The notes under the pieces are model-generated. The model was not told the DNA's origin, made no database searches, and worked only from the letters and a program-made list of their open reading frames with translations. This document shows, piece after piece, positions 51,081-62,290 of a stretch of DNA of 64,000 nucleotides. The stretch's first letter is position 1. Each line of letters begins with the position of its first letter. This DNA comes from Mobula hypostoma (Eukaryota), in the NCBI RefSeq assembly GCF_963921235.1, contig NC_086108.1, forward strand, positions 22,444,001-22,508,000, read 5' to 3'. The translations under genes were made by a program, and so were the position numbers.

Positions 51081-52293
51081 GTACCTCTTCCTATAGATGC
51101 TGCCTGGCCTGCTGCATTCCACCAGCATTCTGTGTGTGTTGCTTGAATTTCCAGCATCTGCAGATTTCCTCGTGCTTGTGAGTTCAATTTTTGCTTCATC
51201 AGAGCAGAGGACATTTCTCCAGAAAGTAAGATCTTTGTCCCCATGTTCACTTGCAAACCGTAGTCTGGTTTTTTTATGTCGGTTTTGGAGCAGTGGCTTC
51301 CTCCTTGCTGAGCGGCCTTTCAGGTTATGTTGATATAGGACTCGTTTTACTGTGGATATAGATACTTGTCTGCCTGTTTCCTCCAGCATCTTCACAAGAT
51401 CCTTTGCTGTTTTCTGGGATTAATTTGCACTTTTTGCACCAAAGTACGTTCATCTCTAGACAGAATGCATCTTCTTCCTGAGCGGTATGATGGCTGCGTG
51501 GTCCCATGGTGTTTATACTTGCGTGGTATTGTTTGTACAGATGAACGTGGTACCTTCAGGCGTTTGGAAATTGCTCCCAAGGATGAACGAGACTTGACAT
51601 CATTTTCTGACCTCAATCCAATAGAAAATTTCTGGGCAGAACTGGAAAAGCATGTGCGAGCAAGGAGGCCTACAAATTTGACTCAGTTACACCAGTTCTG
51701 TCTGGAGGAATGAAACAAAATTCCAGCAACTTATTGTGAGAAGCTTGTGGAAGGCTACCCAAAATGTTTGACCCAAGTTAAACAATTTAAAGGCAATGGT
51801 ACCAAATACTAACAAAGTGTATGTAAACATCTGACCCACTGGGAAAGTGATGAAAGAAATAAAAGCTGAAATAAATCATTCTCTCTAATATTATTCTGAC
51901 ATTTCACATTCTTAAAATAGTGATCCTAACTGACCTAAGACAGGGAATGTTTTCTAGGATTAAATGTCAGGAATTGTGAAAAACTGAGTTTAAATGTATT
52001 TGGCTGAGGTGTATGTAAACTTCTGACTTCAACTGTATGTCAACAAATACACTCCAAAACTTCTGTAGTTGTACCGTGGAGAGCATTCTGACAGGCTGCA
52101 TCACTGTCTGGTATGAGGGGGGTGGGGCTACTGCACAGGACCGAAAGAAGCTGCAGATTTAGTTGGCTGAATCTTAGCCTACAAAGTACCCAGGACATCT
52201 TCAAAGAGTGATGTCTCAGAAAGGCAGCGTCCATTACTGAAGACCCCCAGCACCCAGGGCATGCCCTTTTCTCACTGTTACCATCAGGTAGGA

Positions 52294-55200
52294 AACATAG
52301 AAACATAGAAACATAGAAAATAGGTGCAGGAGTAGGCCATTCGGCCCTTCGAGCCTGCACCGCCATTTATTATGATCATGGCTGATCATCCAACTCAGAA
52401 CCCAGCCTTCCCTCCATACCCCGTGACCCCTGTAGCCACAAGGGCCATATCTAACTTCCTTTTAAACATAGCTAATGAACTGGCCTCAACAGTTTGCTGT
52501 GGCAGAGAATTCCACAGATTCACCACTCTCTGTGTGAAGAAGTTTTTCCTAACCTCGGTCCTAAAAGGCTTCCCCTCTATCCTCAAACTGTGACCCCTCG
52601 TTCTAGACCTCCCCAACATCGGGAACAATCTTCCCGCATCTAGCCTGTCCAATCCCTTTAGGATCTTATACGTTTCAATCAGATCCCCCCTCAATCTTCT
52701 AAATTCCAACGAGTACAAGCCCAGTTCATCCAGTCTTTCTTCATATGAAAGACCTGCCATCCCAGGAATCAATCTGGTGAACCTTCTTTGTACTCCCTCT
52801 ATGGCAAGGATGTCTTTCCTCAGATTAGGGGACCAAAACTGCACACAATACTCCAGGTGTGGTCTCACCAAGGCCTTGTACAACTGCAGTAGTACCTCCC
52901 TGCTCCTGTACTCGAATCCTCTCGCTATAAATGCCAGCATACCGTTCGCCTTTTTCACCGCCTGCTGTACCTGCATGCCCACTTTCAATGACTGGTGTAT
53001 AATGACACCCAGGTCTCGTTGCACCTCCCCTTTTCCTAATCGGCCACCATTCAGATAATAATCTGTTTTCCTATTTTTGCCACCAAAGTGGATAACTTCA
53101 CATTTATCCACATTAAATTGCATCTGCCATGAGTTTGCCCACTCACCCAACCTATCCAAGTCACCCTGCATCCTCTTAGCATCCTCCTCACTGCTAACAC
53201 TGCCACCCAGCTTCGTGTCATCCGCAAACTTGGAGATGCTGCATTTAATTCCCTCATCCAAGTCATTAATATATATTGTAAACAACTGGGGTCCCAGCAC
53301 TGAGCCTTGCGGTACCCCACTAGTCACCGCCTGCCATTCTGAAAAGGTCCCGTTTATTCCCACTCTTTGCTTCCTGTCTGCTAACCAATTCTCCACCCAC
53401 ACCAATACCTTACCCCCAATACCATGTGCTTTAAGTTTGCACACTAATCTCCTGTGTGGGACCTTGTCAAAAGCCTTTTGAAAATCCAAATATACCACAT
53501 CCACTGGTTCTCCCCTATCCACTCTACTAGTTACATCCTCAAAAAATTCTATGAGATTCGTCAGACATGATTTTCCTTTCACAAATCCATGCTGACTTTG
53601 TCCGATCATTTCACCGCTTTCCAAATGTGCTGTTATCACATCCTTGATAACTGACTCCAGCAGTTTCCCCACCACCGACGTTAGGCTAACCGGCCTATAA
53701 TTCCCCGGTTTCTCTCTCCCTCCTTTTTTAAAAAGTGGGGTTACATTAGCCACCCTCCAATCCTCAGGAACTAGTCCAGAATCTAACGAGTTTTGAAAAA
53801 TTATCACTAATGCATCCACTATTTCTTGGGCCACTTCCTTAAGCACTCTGGGATGCAGACCATCTGGCCCTGGGGATTTATCTGCCTTCAATCCCTTCAA
53901 TTTACCTAACACCACTTCCCTACTAACATGTATTTCGCTCAGTTCCTCCATCTCACTGGACCCTCTGTCCCTTACTATTTCTGGAAGATTATTTATGTCC
54001 TCCTTAGTGAAGACAGAACCAAAGTAATTATTCAATTGGTCTGCCATGTCCTTGCTCCCCATAATCAATTCACCTGTTTCTGTTTGCAGGGGACCTACAT
54101 TTGTCTTTATCAGTCTTTTCCTTTTTACATATCTATAAAAGCTTTTACAGTCCGTTTTTATGTTCTCTGCCAGTTTTCTCTCATAATCTTTTTTCCCCTT
54201 CCTAATTAAGCCCTTTGTCCTCCTCTGCTGAACTCTGAATTTCTCCCAGTCCTCAGGTGAGCCACTTTCTCTGGCTAATTTGTATGCTACTTCTTTGGAA
54301 TTGATACTATCCCTAATTTCTCTTGTCAGCCACGGGTGCACTACCTTCCTTGATTTATTCTTTTGCCAAACTGGGATGAACAATTGTTGTAGTTCATCCA
54401 TGCAACCTTTAAATGCCTGCCATTGCATATCCACCGTCAATCCTTGAAGTGTCATTTGCCAGTCTATCTTAGCTAATTCATGTCTCATACCTTCAAAGTT
54501 ACCCCTCTTTAAGTTCAGAACCTTTGTTTCTGAATTAACTACGTCACTCTCCATGTTAATGAAGAATTCCACCATATTATGGTCACTCTTACCCAAGGGG
54601 CCTCTCACGACAAGATCGCTAATTAACCCTTCCTCATTGCTCAAAACCCAGTCCAGAATAGCCTGCTCTCTAGTCGGTTCCTCAACATGTTGGTTCAAAA
54701 AACCATCCCGCATACATTCCAAGAAATCCTCTTCCTCAGCACCTTTACCAATTTGGTTCACCCAGTCTACATGTAGATTGAAGTCACCCATTATAACTGC
54801 TGTTCCTTTATTGCACACATTTCTAATTTCCTGTTTAATACCATCTCCGACCTCACTACTACTGTTAGGTGGCCTGTACACAACTCCCAGCAGCGTCTTC
54901 TGCCCCTTAGTGTTACGCAGCTCTACCCATATCGATTCCACATCTTCCCGGCTTATGTCCTTCCTTTCTATTGCGTTAATCTCTTTTTTAACCAGCAACG
55001 CCACCCCACCTCCCCTTCCTTCGTGTCTATCCCTCCTGAATATTGAATATCCCTGAACGTTGAGCTCCCATCCCTGGTCACCCTGGAGCCATGTCTCTGT
55101 GATCCCAACTATATCATAATCATTAATAACAATCTGCACTTTCAATTCATCCACCTTATTACGAATGCTCCTTGCATTGACACATAAAGCCTTCAGGCGC

Positions 55201-55591
55201 TCTTTTACAACTCTCTTAGCCCTTTTTAATGCTTGCCCTGGATTTGTCGGCCTGCCACTTTTACTTTTCCCCTTTGTACTTTTTGCTTCTACGCTCACTT
55301 TACACTCCTCTGTCTCTCTGCACTGGTTCCCATCCCTCTGTTGTGAACTAACCTCCTCACACCTAGCCGCTTTAATTTGATTCCCACCCCCCAACCATTC
55401 TAGTTTAAAGTCACCTCAGTAGCCCCCGCTAATCTCCCTGCCAGGATATTGGTCCCCCTAGGATTTAAGTGTAACCCGTCCTTTTTGTACAGGTCACACC
55501 TACGCCAAAAGAGGTCCCAATGATCCAAAAACTTGAATCCCTGCCCCCTGCTCCAATCCCTCAGCCACGCATTTATCCTCCACCTCATCGC
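52294..55591 (-). mobile_element. Young CR1 LINE, 5'-truncated within ORF1
   Basis: (AACATAGA)n tail; short duplication AGGA; ORF1 C-terminus at 55400..55591 (DGLHLNPRG). Confidence 0.93.
52395..55394 (-). CDS. CR1 ORF2: apurinic-type endonuclease + reverse transcriptase, uninterrupted, 999 aa
   Basis: NARS, ITETWL, VYRPP, MGDFN, LDWV, SDH (APE); YRPVSLTS, YLDFQKAFDKVPH, GVPQGSVLGP, KFADD (RT). Confidence 0.95.
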   Translation of the reverse strand: MGGGNQIKAARCEEVSSQQRDGNQCRETEECKVSVEAKSTKGKSKSGRPTNPGQALKRAKRVVKERLKALCVNARSIRNKVDELKVQIVINDYDIVGITETWLQGDQGWELNVQGYSIFRRDRHEGRGGGVALLVKKEINAIERKDISREDVESIWVELRNTKGQKTLLGVVYRPPNSSSEVGDGIKQEIRNVCNKGTAVIMGDFNLHVDWVNQIGKGAEEEDFLECMRDGFLNQHVEEPTREQAILDWVLSNEEGLISDLVVRGPLGKSDHNMVEFFINMESDVVNSETKVLNLKRGNFEGMRHELAKIDWQMTLQGLTVDMQWQAFKGCMDELQQLFIPVWQKNKSRKVVHPWLTREIRDSINSKEVAYKLARESGSPEDWEKFRVQQRRTKGLIRKGKKDYERKLAENIKTDCKSFYRYVKRKRLIKTNVGPLQTETGELIMGSKDMADQLNNYFGSVFTKEDINNLPEIVRDRGSSEMEELSEIHVSREVVLGKLKGLKADKSPGPDGLHPRVLKEVAQEIVDALVIIFQNSLDSGLVPEDWRVANVTPLFKKGGREKPGNYRPVSLTSVVGKLLESVIKDVITAHLESGEMIGQSQHGFVKGKSCLTNLIEFFEDVTSRVDRGEPVDVVYLDFQKAFDKVPHRRLVCKLKAHGIGGKVLVWVENWLADRKQRVGINGTFSEWQAVTSGVPQGSVLGPQLFTIYINDLDEGIKCSISKFADDTKLGGSVSSEEDAKRMQGDLDRLGEWANSWQMQFNVDKCEVIHFGGKNRKTDYYLNGGRLGKGEVQRDLGVIIHQSLKVGMQVQQAVKKANGMLAFIARGFEYRSREVLLQLYKALVRPHLEYCVQFWSPNLRKDILAIEGVQRRFTRLIPGMAGLSYEERLDELGLYSLEFRRLRGDLIETYKILKGLDRLDAGRLFPMLGRSRTRGHSLRIEGKPFRTEVRKNFFTQRVVNLWNSLPQQTVEASSLAMFKRKLDMALVATGVTGYGGKAGF

Positions 55592-57589
55592 AGGAGATAC
55601 AGAAGTCTGAAGGCACACACTCAGCGATTCAGGAACAACTTCTTCCCTCTTCCATCTGATTTCTAAATGGACATTGAACCCTTGGACACTACCTCATTTT
55701 TTATATATATATTATTTCTGTTTTCTTGCACAATTTTTAATCTATTCAATATACATATACTGTAATCTATTTATTTATTTATTTATTATTATTATTTTTT
55801 TTCTTCTATGTTATGTATTGCATTGAACTGCTGCTGCTATGTGAACAAATTTCACGACACATGCCGGTGATAATAAACCTGATTCTGATTCTGAACACGA
55901 CTTCACTTCTCCTTCTTTGTACTCTTTATTTATAACTCAGTAATTAGTTATGCCTGCATTCCACTGCTGACAGAAATCAACATGTTTCATTTCTTATGTC
56001 AGTGACAATAACCCTCATTCTCAGGCCACAGTGTGCAGATGTGCTTGTTCCAAACACTGCTGCCACTTGCAAAACTCAATTAAAATTTTAAAAAAGATAT
56101 TTTACAAACTTCACTAACCAATTAAGAGCTGCACAACTGAAAGCAAAGCCGGGTGATTCAACCGTTTTTTTCAGGATTCTTTGTCCTTCTCATCCACCTG
56201 TTACAGATGGAATGCCTGTATGATATACTTCACTATAAAAGCGGGATGTTAACAGAAACAGGATGGGCAGTTAGCACTGATCTAACGTTTAGAAATGGAT
56301 CATCAAGGAATACAGTGTATAATATAAACTATAAATATATTTGGTGTGGATTCCTTCTCTACTTATGTCCTTGGAGATCTCCAGCTGTTTTGTGAAGAGG
56401 TGAGTGTGAAGAAACATGAGTGAGCAAAATCAAAGCATATATGTAATAATGGTGAATAATCTTGTGATGCTTCAATGTAATGTTGTGAAGTCATTATCAT
56501 TGCACATTATATCGAGAGATCCTAACACTGAGGATCAGTGGGTCCACATCCGAAGGGTGATTGGAGATGTAGTTGTCCATTGTATATTCTAAGCACTCTG
56601 GATAGGGGTAATTTAGTATTAGTGAGGAATGGGATAGCTTTCTCACAGCTTAACTTCTGGGGCAGCTGGACCACCCTTAGCAGCTCTCGCTCTCTGATCC
56701 TCCTCAAATCAGCCCTATTGACTGCATCTATTTTAGCAGAAACTGCATATTGAACCATCTGGCTCATCTGATATTTCAATGGGTGGGGCAAGCACATTTC
56801 AAGAACATCCCACTGATTCTTTGCAAAGCAACGACCAGGAAGAGCACCAGATCATTCTAGCTGTCTTCCTGCAGTTAGTGCATTGGCCCCAGCTGCTGTG
56901 AGGACCACCTTCTCAAGCAATGGCTTGAGCTTCATAGGAGATTGCAGATGCTGGAGTTTGGAGCAGAGAACGAGCTGCTGGAGGAACTCAGCAGGTCAAG
57001 CATCACCCGTGGAGGGAAATAGATAGCCAATATTTGGGGTCAAGAGCCTTTTTCTCAACTTAAAGAGCAAAGGGGTAAGGAAAACCAGTACAGTATAAAG
57101 AGGTGAAGGGGAGGAGTGGGATTAGAGCTGGTGAAAGGGTGGATCCAGCTGAGGAGGATTGATAGGCAGATAATGGGGAAAAGAAGGATCGAGATGGGAA
57201 GCGGAGGTAACAAAAGGTTGAAGATCGTGGAATCTGATAAGAAAGGAACCAGATCACGGAGAGATGATAGGCAGTTGGGAACATCTGGGGAGAGGATGGG
57301 ATCAGAGTGTGTGGGTGATGGAGTAGGTGAGGCAGGGGAAAGAAATGGGTGATAAGGGACCAGGGAGTGGTAGGGGTTCGAAAAGAAGAGTGTGTCCGGC
57401 AGGACCTGAGTATATCAGTAGGGAGTGAAAGCGCAGGGTATCCGAAAGTAAAAAATTCAATGTTCATGCTGTCAGGTTGTAGACTGAAAACACTTTGTGA
57501 ACTTGGTTTGTAGGCAGCTTGAGTGTGCAGGACTTTCACACTACAGCTGATGGCTTCGGAACTACAGACCTGGCACAATGCTTAGCTTG

Positions 57590-57960
57590 AATGCATATGA
57601 CGCAGCCTCCCAAGTTAAAGGCGGGAAAGAGGGCGAGAAACCTCTGACAGGCATGTGCTGCTTACATTAGAGTAATGTCGAATTAGGAGAAGAGAAATGG
57701 ATGATTTATCCAAATGGGCTGGTCTTTAAGTTCCACAGGGGTCTCCTCAACATATTTTCCTGACAGATTAATAGATCAATGTATTCAATAAAACAAACAA
57801 TTTTATTGCACCAGAATAACTTTGATCCATTTAAGGTGTGCAGCAGGCCCAGCATGGAAACAAAGGCTTATTTGGTCATTTCACTTCAACATAAAAACCT
57901 TCAGTCATGAGGAGAGCTAGGGCTGGGATAAAATGTGATTTCTTATTTTCTGTGCAGTGC
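57590..57960. promoter_or_regulatory. Candidate developmental enhancer / conserved non-coding element
   Basis: Non-repeat island with TGACAG x2, TGATTTAT, CAATAAAA/TTTTATTG, AACAAT, AACAAAG and CTTTGAT. Confidence 0.3.
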
Positions 57961-58437
57961 TGTGTTGGAGATCAGCCAGCTTGAAGTGGTGTGGTTTTTC
58001 AAGTAGCTTGGCCCATGTTTGATGGGAGGCCATTCACTTATCCCAAAACACCGAGGGGAATTCCTGGAACCTGTCCCACGGGTATCCATGGCCCACGTTG
58101 ATTTTATTAACATTCTGTTCAGAATTTACTTGCCCCTTAGACTGCACTAATACCTTTGGAGCATTGAACCTCTGACAAGGAATTGAGAAAGGTGATTGTG
58201 TGGCTGAAGTTATTGAATATCTGCTTTCATTTCTTTTATAGCTTACAGAACTATAGGCTCTCTTATGTGGTTACAATATCCTTCAGGCAGGACAGCTGGT
58301 ACATTATAGATGATTAATGTTTTGTGAGAGGGACTGAAACCTTTAGTCCGTTGTTGTTATTTCAATCATGTAGTTGTTACATGGAACAGTTGTTACATAC
58401 AGTGAATGGATTGCATGGGGTGGTGACAAGCCAGAAT

Positions 58438-59235
58438 TTGAAGTTCAAAATAAATTTATTATCAAAATACATATATGTTACCATATACAACCCTGAGATT
58501 CATTTTCTTGTTGGCATTCACAGTAAATACAAAAAACACAATAGAATCAATGAAAGACTGCACCTAACCAATGTGCAAAAAAACCCCCAACAAACTGCAA
58601 ATACGAAAGAAAGAGAAAAAAGAAATAATAGTGATAATTATAAATAAATATTGAGAACATGAGCTGAGGAGTCCTTGAAAGTGGGTGTGTAGTTTGTGGG
58701 AACTGTTCAGTCAAGCTTGAAGTTATTTCCCCTGGTTCAGGCCCCTGATGGTTGAGGAGTAATAATTGTTCCTGAACCTGGTGGGGTGGGTCCTGATGAT
58801 CTTGTACATTCTTTCTGATGGTAGCAGTGAGAAGAGAGCATGGTCTGGATGGTGGAGGTCCGTGTTGATGAATGCTGATTTCCTGTGACAGCACTCCGCG
58901 TAGATGTGCTGAATGGTGGAACGGCTTTACCTGTGATGGACTGGGCCAATTCCACTACTATTTGCAGGATTCTCTGTTCAAGGGCATTGGTGTTTCCATA
59001 CCAGGCTGTGATGCAACCAGTCAATTCATTGTCCACCGCACATCTGTCGAAGGTTGTCAAACTTTAAGATGACGTCAAATCTTTGCAAACTCTTAAGAAA
59101 GTAGAAGTGCTGTTGTGCTTTCTTCATAATAGCACTTACATGCTGGGCCCCAGGACAGATCCTCTGAAATGCTAACACTGAGGAACTTAAAGTTGCAGAC
59201 TTGCTCCACATCTGATCCTCCAATGAAAATTTGGT
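58438..59235 (-). mobile_element. Rex1/Babar-like LINE 3' fragment
   Basis: KKAQQHFYFLKSL, LTGCITAWYGN; tail at ~58438. Confidence 0.75.
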
Positions 59236-59589
59236 TCATGGACCTCCGATAGCTAATAAGATGCTGGGTAGAGGAAGTCTCATTCCCTGGCATTTCAGTC
59301 TGGCTTGGAGTCCTCTCCTCTTCCCTCTCTTTCAGCATGGTGATGCAAACTTCTTCTGCTCTACTTGCATGCTCGAGAGTTTCCGTCAAGTCCTTCAGAA
59401 GATCTCTAAATCATTAGTTCATTCAGAAAGTTCAAAAGTATATTGCTTAAAGGGAAATTACAAGTGCAGATTGCAGTGAGTGTAATTCAGAAGAAGTATA
59501 TTTAGAAGTTTTGTAAGTAGCCCGCAACATGTTGCAGTGGTTCACCAGCAGCATCCAGGAGAGAGTGACCAAAGAGTCCCATTGGTTTT

Positions 59590-61586
59590 AATGAAGTTGT
59601 TACCGACTTCATTAAAACCTGTGTGGATGAGTGTGTGCCTACAAGGACTTACTGTACATTCCCAAACCAAAAGCCGTGGATGAACCAGGAGGTAAGTCAT
59701 CTGCTGAAGGCTAGATCTGTGGCATTCAAGTCTGGCAACCCAGGCCTGTACCAGAAAACCAGGTATGATTTGCAGAGGGCTACTTCAAGGGCGAAGGGAC
59801 AACTTCGAACGGGGTTGGAGGTGATATCAGAAGCATGGCACCTCTGGCAGAGACTGCAAGACATTACTTCCTACAAAGTGAAACCCAGTAGTATGAATGG
59901 CAGCAATGCTTCACTACCAGATGAACTCAACACCTTCTATGCACGCTTTGAAAGAGAGAACACAACTACAGCTGTGAAGATCCCTGCTGCTCCTGATGAC
60001 CCTGTGATCTCTGTCTCAGAGGCCGATGCTAAGACTGTCTTTAAAGAGAGTGAACCCTCGCAAGGTAGAAGGTCCCGATGGAGTACCTGGTAAGGCTCTG
60101 AAACCTGTGCCAACCAACTAGCGGGAGTATTCAAACATTTTCAACCTCTCACTGCTACAGGGAGAAGTTCCCACTTGTTTCAAAAAGGCAACAATTATAT
60201 CAGTGCCAAAGAAGAATAATGTGAGCTGCCTTAACGATATCACCTGGTAGCACTCATATCGACAGTGATGAAATGCTTTGAGAGGTTGGTTATGACTAGA
60301 CTGAACTCCTGCCTCAGCAAGGACCTGGACCCATTGCAATTTGCCTATAGTCACAATAGGTCAACGGCAGATGCAATCTCCATGGCTCTTCACATGGCTT
60401 CAGACCACCTAGGCAACACAAACACCTATGTCAGGATGCTGTTCATCGACTAGAGCTCAGTATTTAATACCATCATTCCCACAATCCTGATTGAGAAGTT
60501 GCAGAACCTGGGCCTCTGTACCTCTCTCTGTAATTGGATCCTCAACTTCCTAACCACAGTTTGTGCGGATTGGTGATAACATATCCTCTTCACTGACGAT
60601 CAACACTGGCGCACCTCGGGTGTGTGCTTAGCCCACTGCTCTACTCTCTGTATACACATGACTGTGTGGCTAGGCATAGCTCAAATACCATCTACAAATT
60701 TGCTGATGATACAACCATTGTTGGTAGAATCTCAGGTGGTGAGGAGATGTGTACAGGAATGAGATATGTAAACTAGTGGAATGGTGCTGCAGCAACAACC
60801 TGGAGCTCAGTGTCAGTAAGACAAGAGAGCTAATTGTGGACTTCAGGAAGGGTAAGACAAGGGAACACATGCCAATCCTCATAGAGGGATCAGAAGTGGA
60901 GAGAGTGAGCAGCTTCAAGTTCTTGGGTGTCAAGATCTCTGAGGATCTAACCTGGTCCCAACACATTGATGTAGTCATAAAGAAGGCAAGACAGCGGCTA
61001 TACTTTATTAGGAGTTTGAAGCAATGTGTCATGTCAACAAATACACTCACAAACTTCTATAGTTGTATGGTGGAGAGCATTCTGACAGGCTGCATCACTG
61101 TCTAGTATGGAGGGGCTACTGTACAGGACCGAAAGAAGCTGCAGAAGGTTGTAAATCTAGTCAGCTCCATCTTGGGTACTAGCCTACAAAGTACCCAGGA
61201 CATCTTTAGGGAGCAGTGTCTCAGAAAGGCAGAGTCCATTACTAAAGACCTCCAGCACCCAGGGCATGCTCTTTTCTCACTGTTACCATCAGGTAGGAGA
61301 TACAGAAGCCTGAAGGCACACACTCAGCGATTCAGGAACAGCTTCTTCTCCTCTGCTGTCCAATTCCTACATGGACTTTGAAGCTACCTCATTTTTAAAA
61401 ATATACAGTATTTCTGCTTATGCACATTTTATAATAATCTATTCAATATATGTAATTGATTTACTTGTTTATTTATTATTTTTTTCTCTCTCTGCTAGAT
61501 TATGTATCGCTTTGAACTGTTGCTGCTAAGTTAACAAATTTCACGTCACATGCCGGTGATAATAAACCAGATTCTGATTCTGATTC
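59590..61586 (+). mobile_element. Rex1/Babar-like LINE, 5'-truncated and frameshifted
   Basis: [51 protein letters not shown]; (GATTCT)n tail. Confidence 0.88.
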
Positions 61587-61779
61587 ATTGGGTTACTTGA
61601 TAATAGGCAGGAAGTAATAAAGAAAAAAAATACTGTACTTACTTCAGTTGCATAGCATTATTTGTGACCTTGGTATGTGAAAGTCAGTCACTATTGTTTT
61701 GGTGGAAATGGAGCTGCCAATTTATTTACAGAAAGATTAATTAAAAGCAGTGAAATAAATTAAACATTGGTTAGACCAT

Positions 61780-62290
61780 TCAAAAACTGGGGGACCGCTT
61801 TGTTGAGCACTTCTGCTCCATCTGCCAAAAGTGGAACTTCCCAGTGGCCAAATGTTTTAATTCTGATTCCCATTCCCATTCCAACATGTTGGTCCATGGC
61901 CTCCTTTTGTCCCAAGATGAGGCCACCCTAAGAGAGCAGGAGCAATACCTCATATTCTGTCTGGGTAGCATGAATATCAGTTTCTCCTTCTGGTAAAATG
62001 TTTGTCCTTCCCTGTCCCCTCTTCTTCTGTTCCCTACTCAGGCTTCTTACCTCTTCTCACCTGCCTGTCTGCTCCCCCCTGGGTTCCCTCCTCCTTTCCT
62101 TTCTCCAATGGTCCACTCTCCTCTTCTATCAGAGTCCTTCCTCTCCATCCCTTTACCTTTCCCACCCACCTGGCTTCACCTATCACCTTCTAGCTATCCT
62201 CCTTCCCCTTCCCCACCTTTTTATTCTGGCATCTTCCCCCTTCCTTTCCAGTCATGAAGAAAGGTCTCCAGCATTTTGTGTGTTGCTTAA
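61780..62290 (+). mobile_element. Older Penelope-like fragment (end of GIY-YIG plus tail) within a DeuSINE remnant
   Basis: Collinear with 14980-15570; DeuSINE-like sequence at ~61620-61770, ~62410-62600 and ~63760-64000. Confidence 0.7.

Larger units (their letters stand above)
49134..51180. mobile_element. Palindromic Penelope-like insertion (minus arm 49134-~50184, plus arm ~50185-51180); left arm disrupted by a LINE 3' end at ~49836-50143 (-)
   Basis: 14-bp TSD AGTTCAATTTTTGC at 49120-49133 and 51181-51194; GIY-YIG ORFs 49519..49812 (-) and 50130..50741 (+, PCKRNKCYTCP); (TCAAG)n tail at ~49836. Confidence 0.9.
48574..51597 (-). pseudogene. Tc1 (DD34E) transposase closely resembling Sleeping Beauty; N-terminus missing, split by a PLE
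   Basis: 51597-51181: SSLGAISKRLKVPRSSVQTI.RKYKHHGTTQPSYRSGR...FWRNVL.SDE.KIEL. 49133-48574: FGHNDHRYVWRKKGEACKPKNTIPT..QMDNDPKHTSK..WPSQSPDLNPIEN.W. Confidence 0.92.
48346..52035 (-). mobile_element. Sleeping Beauty-like Tc1 transposon derivative with two right-type IR/DR ends
   Basis: TA TSD at 48344-48345 and 52036-52037; termini CAGTYGAAGTCAGAAGTTTACATACAC; inner and outer DRs at both ends; ~430-bp inverted duplication 48346-48778 / 51607-52035. Confidence 0.93.
47505..55893 (+). mobile_element. Rex1/Babar-like LINE, split by Tc1 and CR1 insertions (pieces 47505-48345, 52036-52293, 55592-55893)
   Basis: ORF 47523..48446 ([53 protein letters not shown]). The pieces are collinear with the copy at 59590-61586; (GATTCT)n tail. 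Confidence 0.88.

Noticed and set aside
60749..61105. KKARQRLYF-type segment as an ALKBH8-like host gene
   Set aside because: It is the C-terminal region of Rex1/Babar ORF2 and is present in several LINE copies here.
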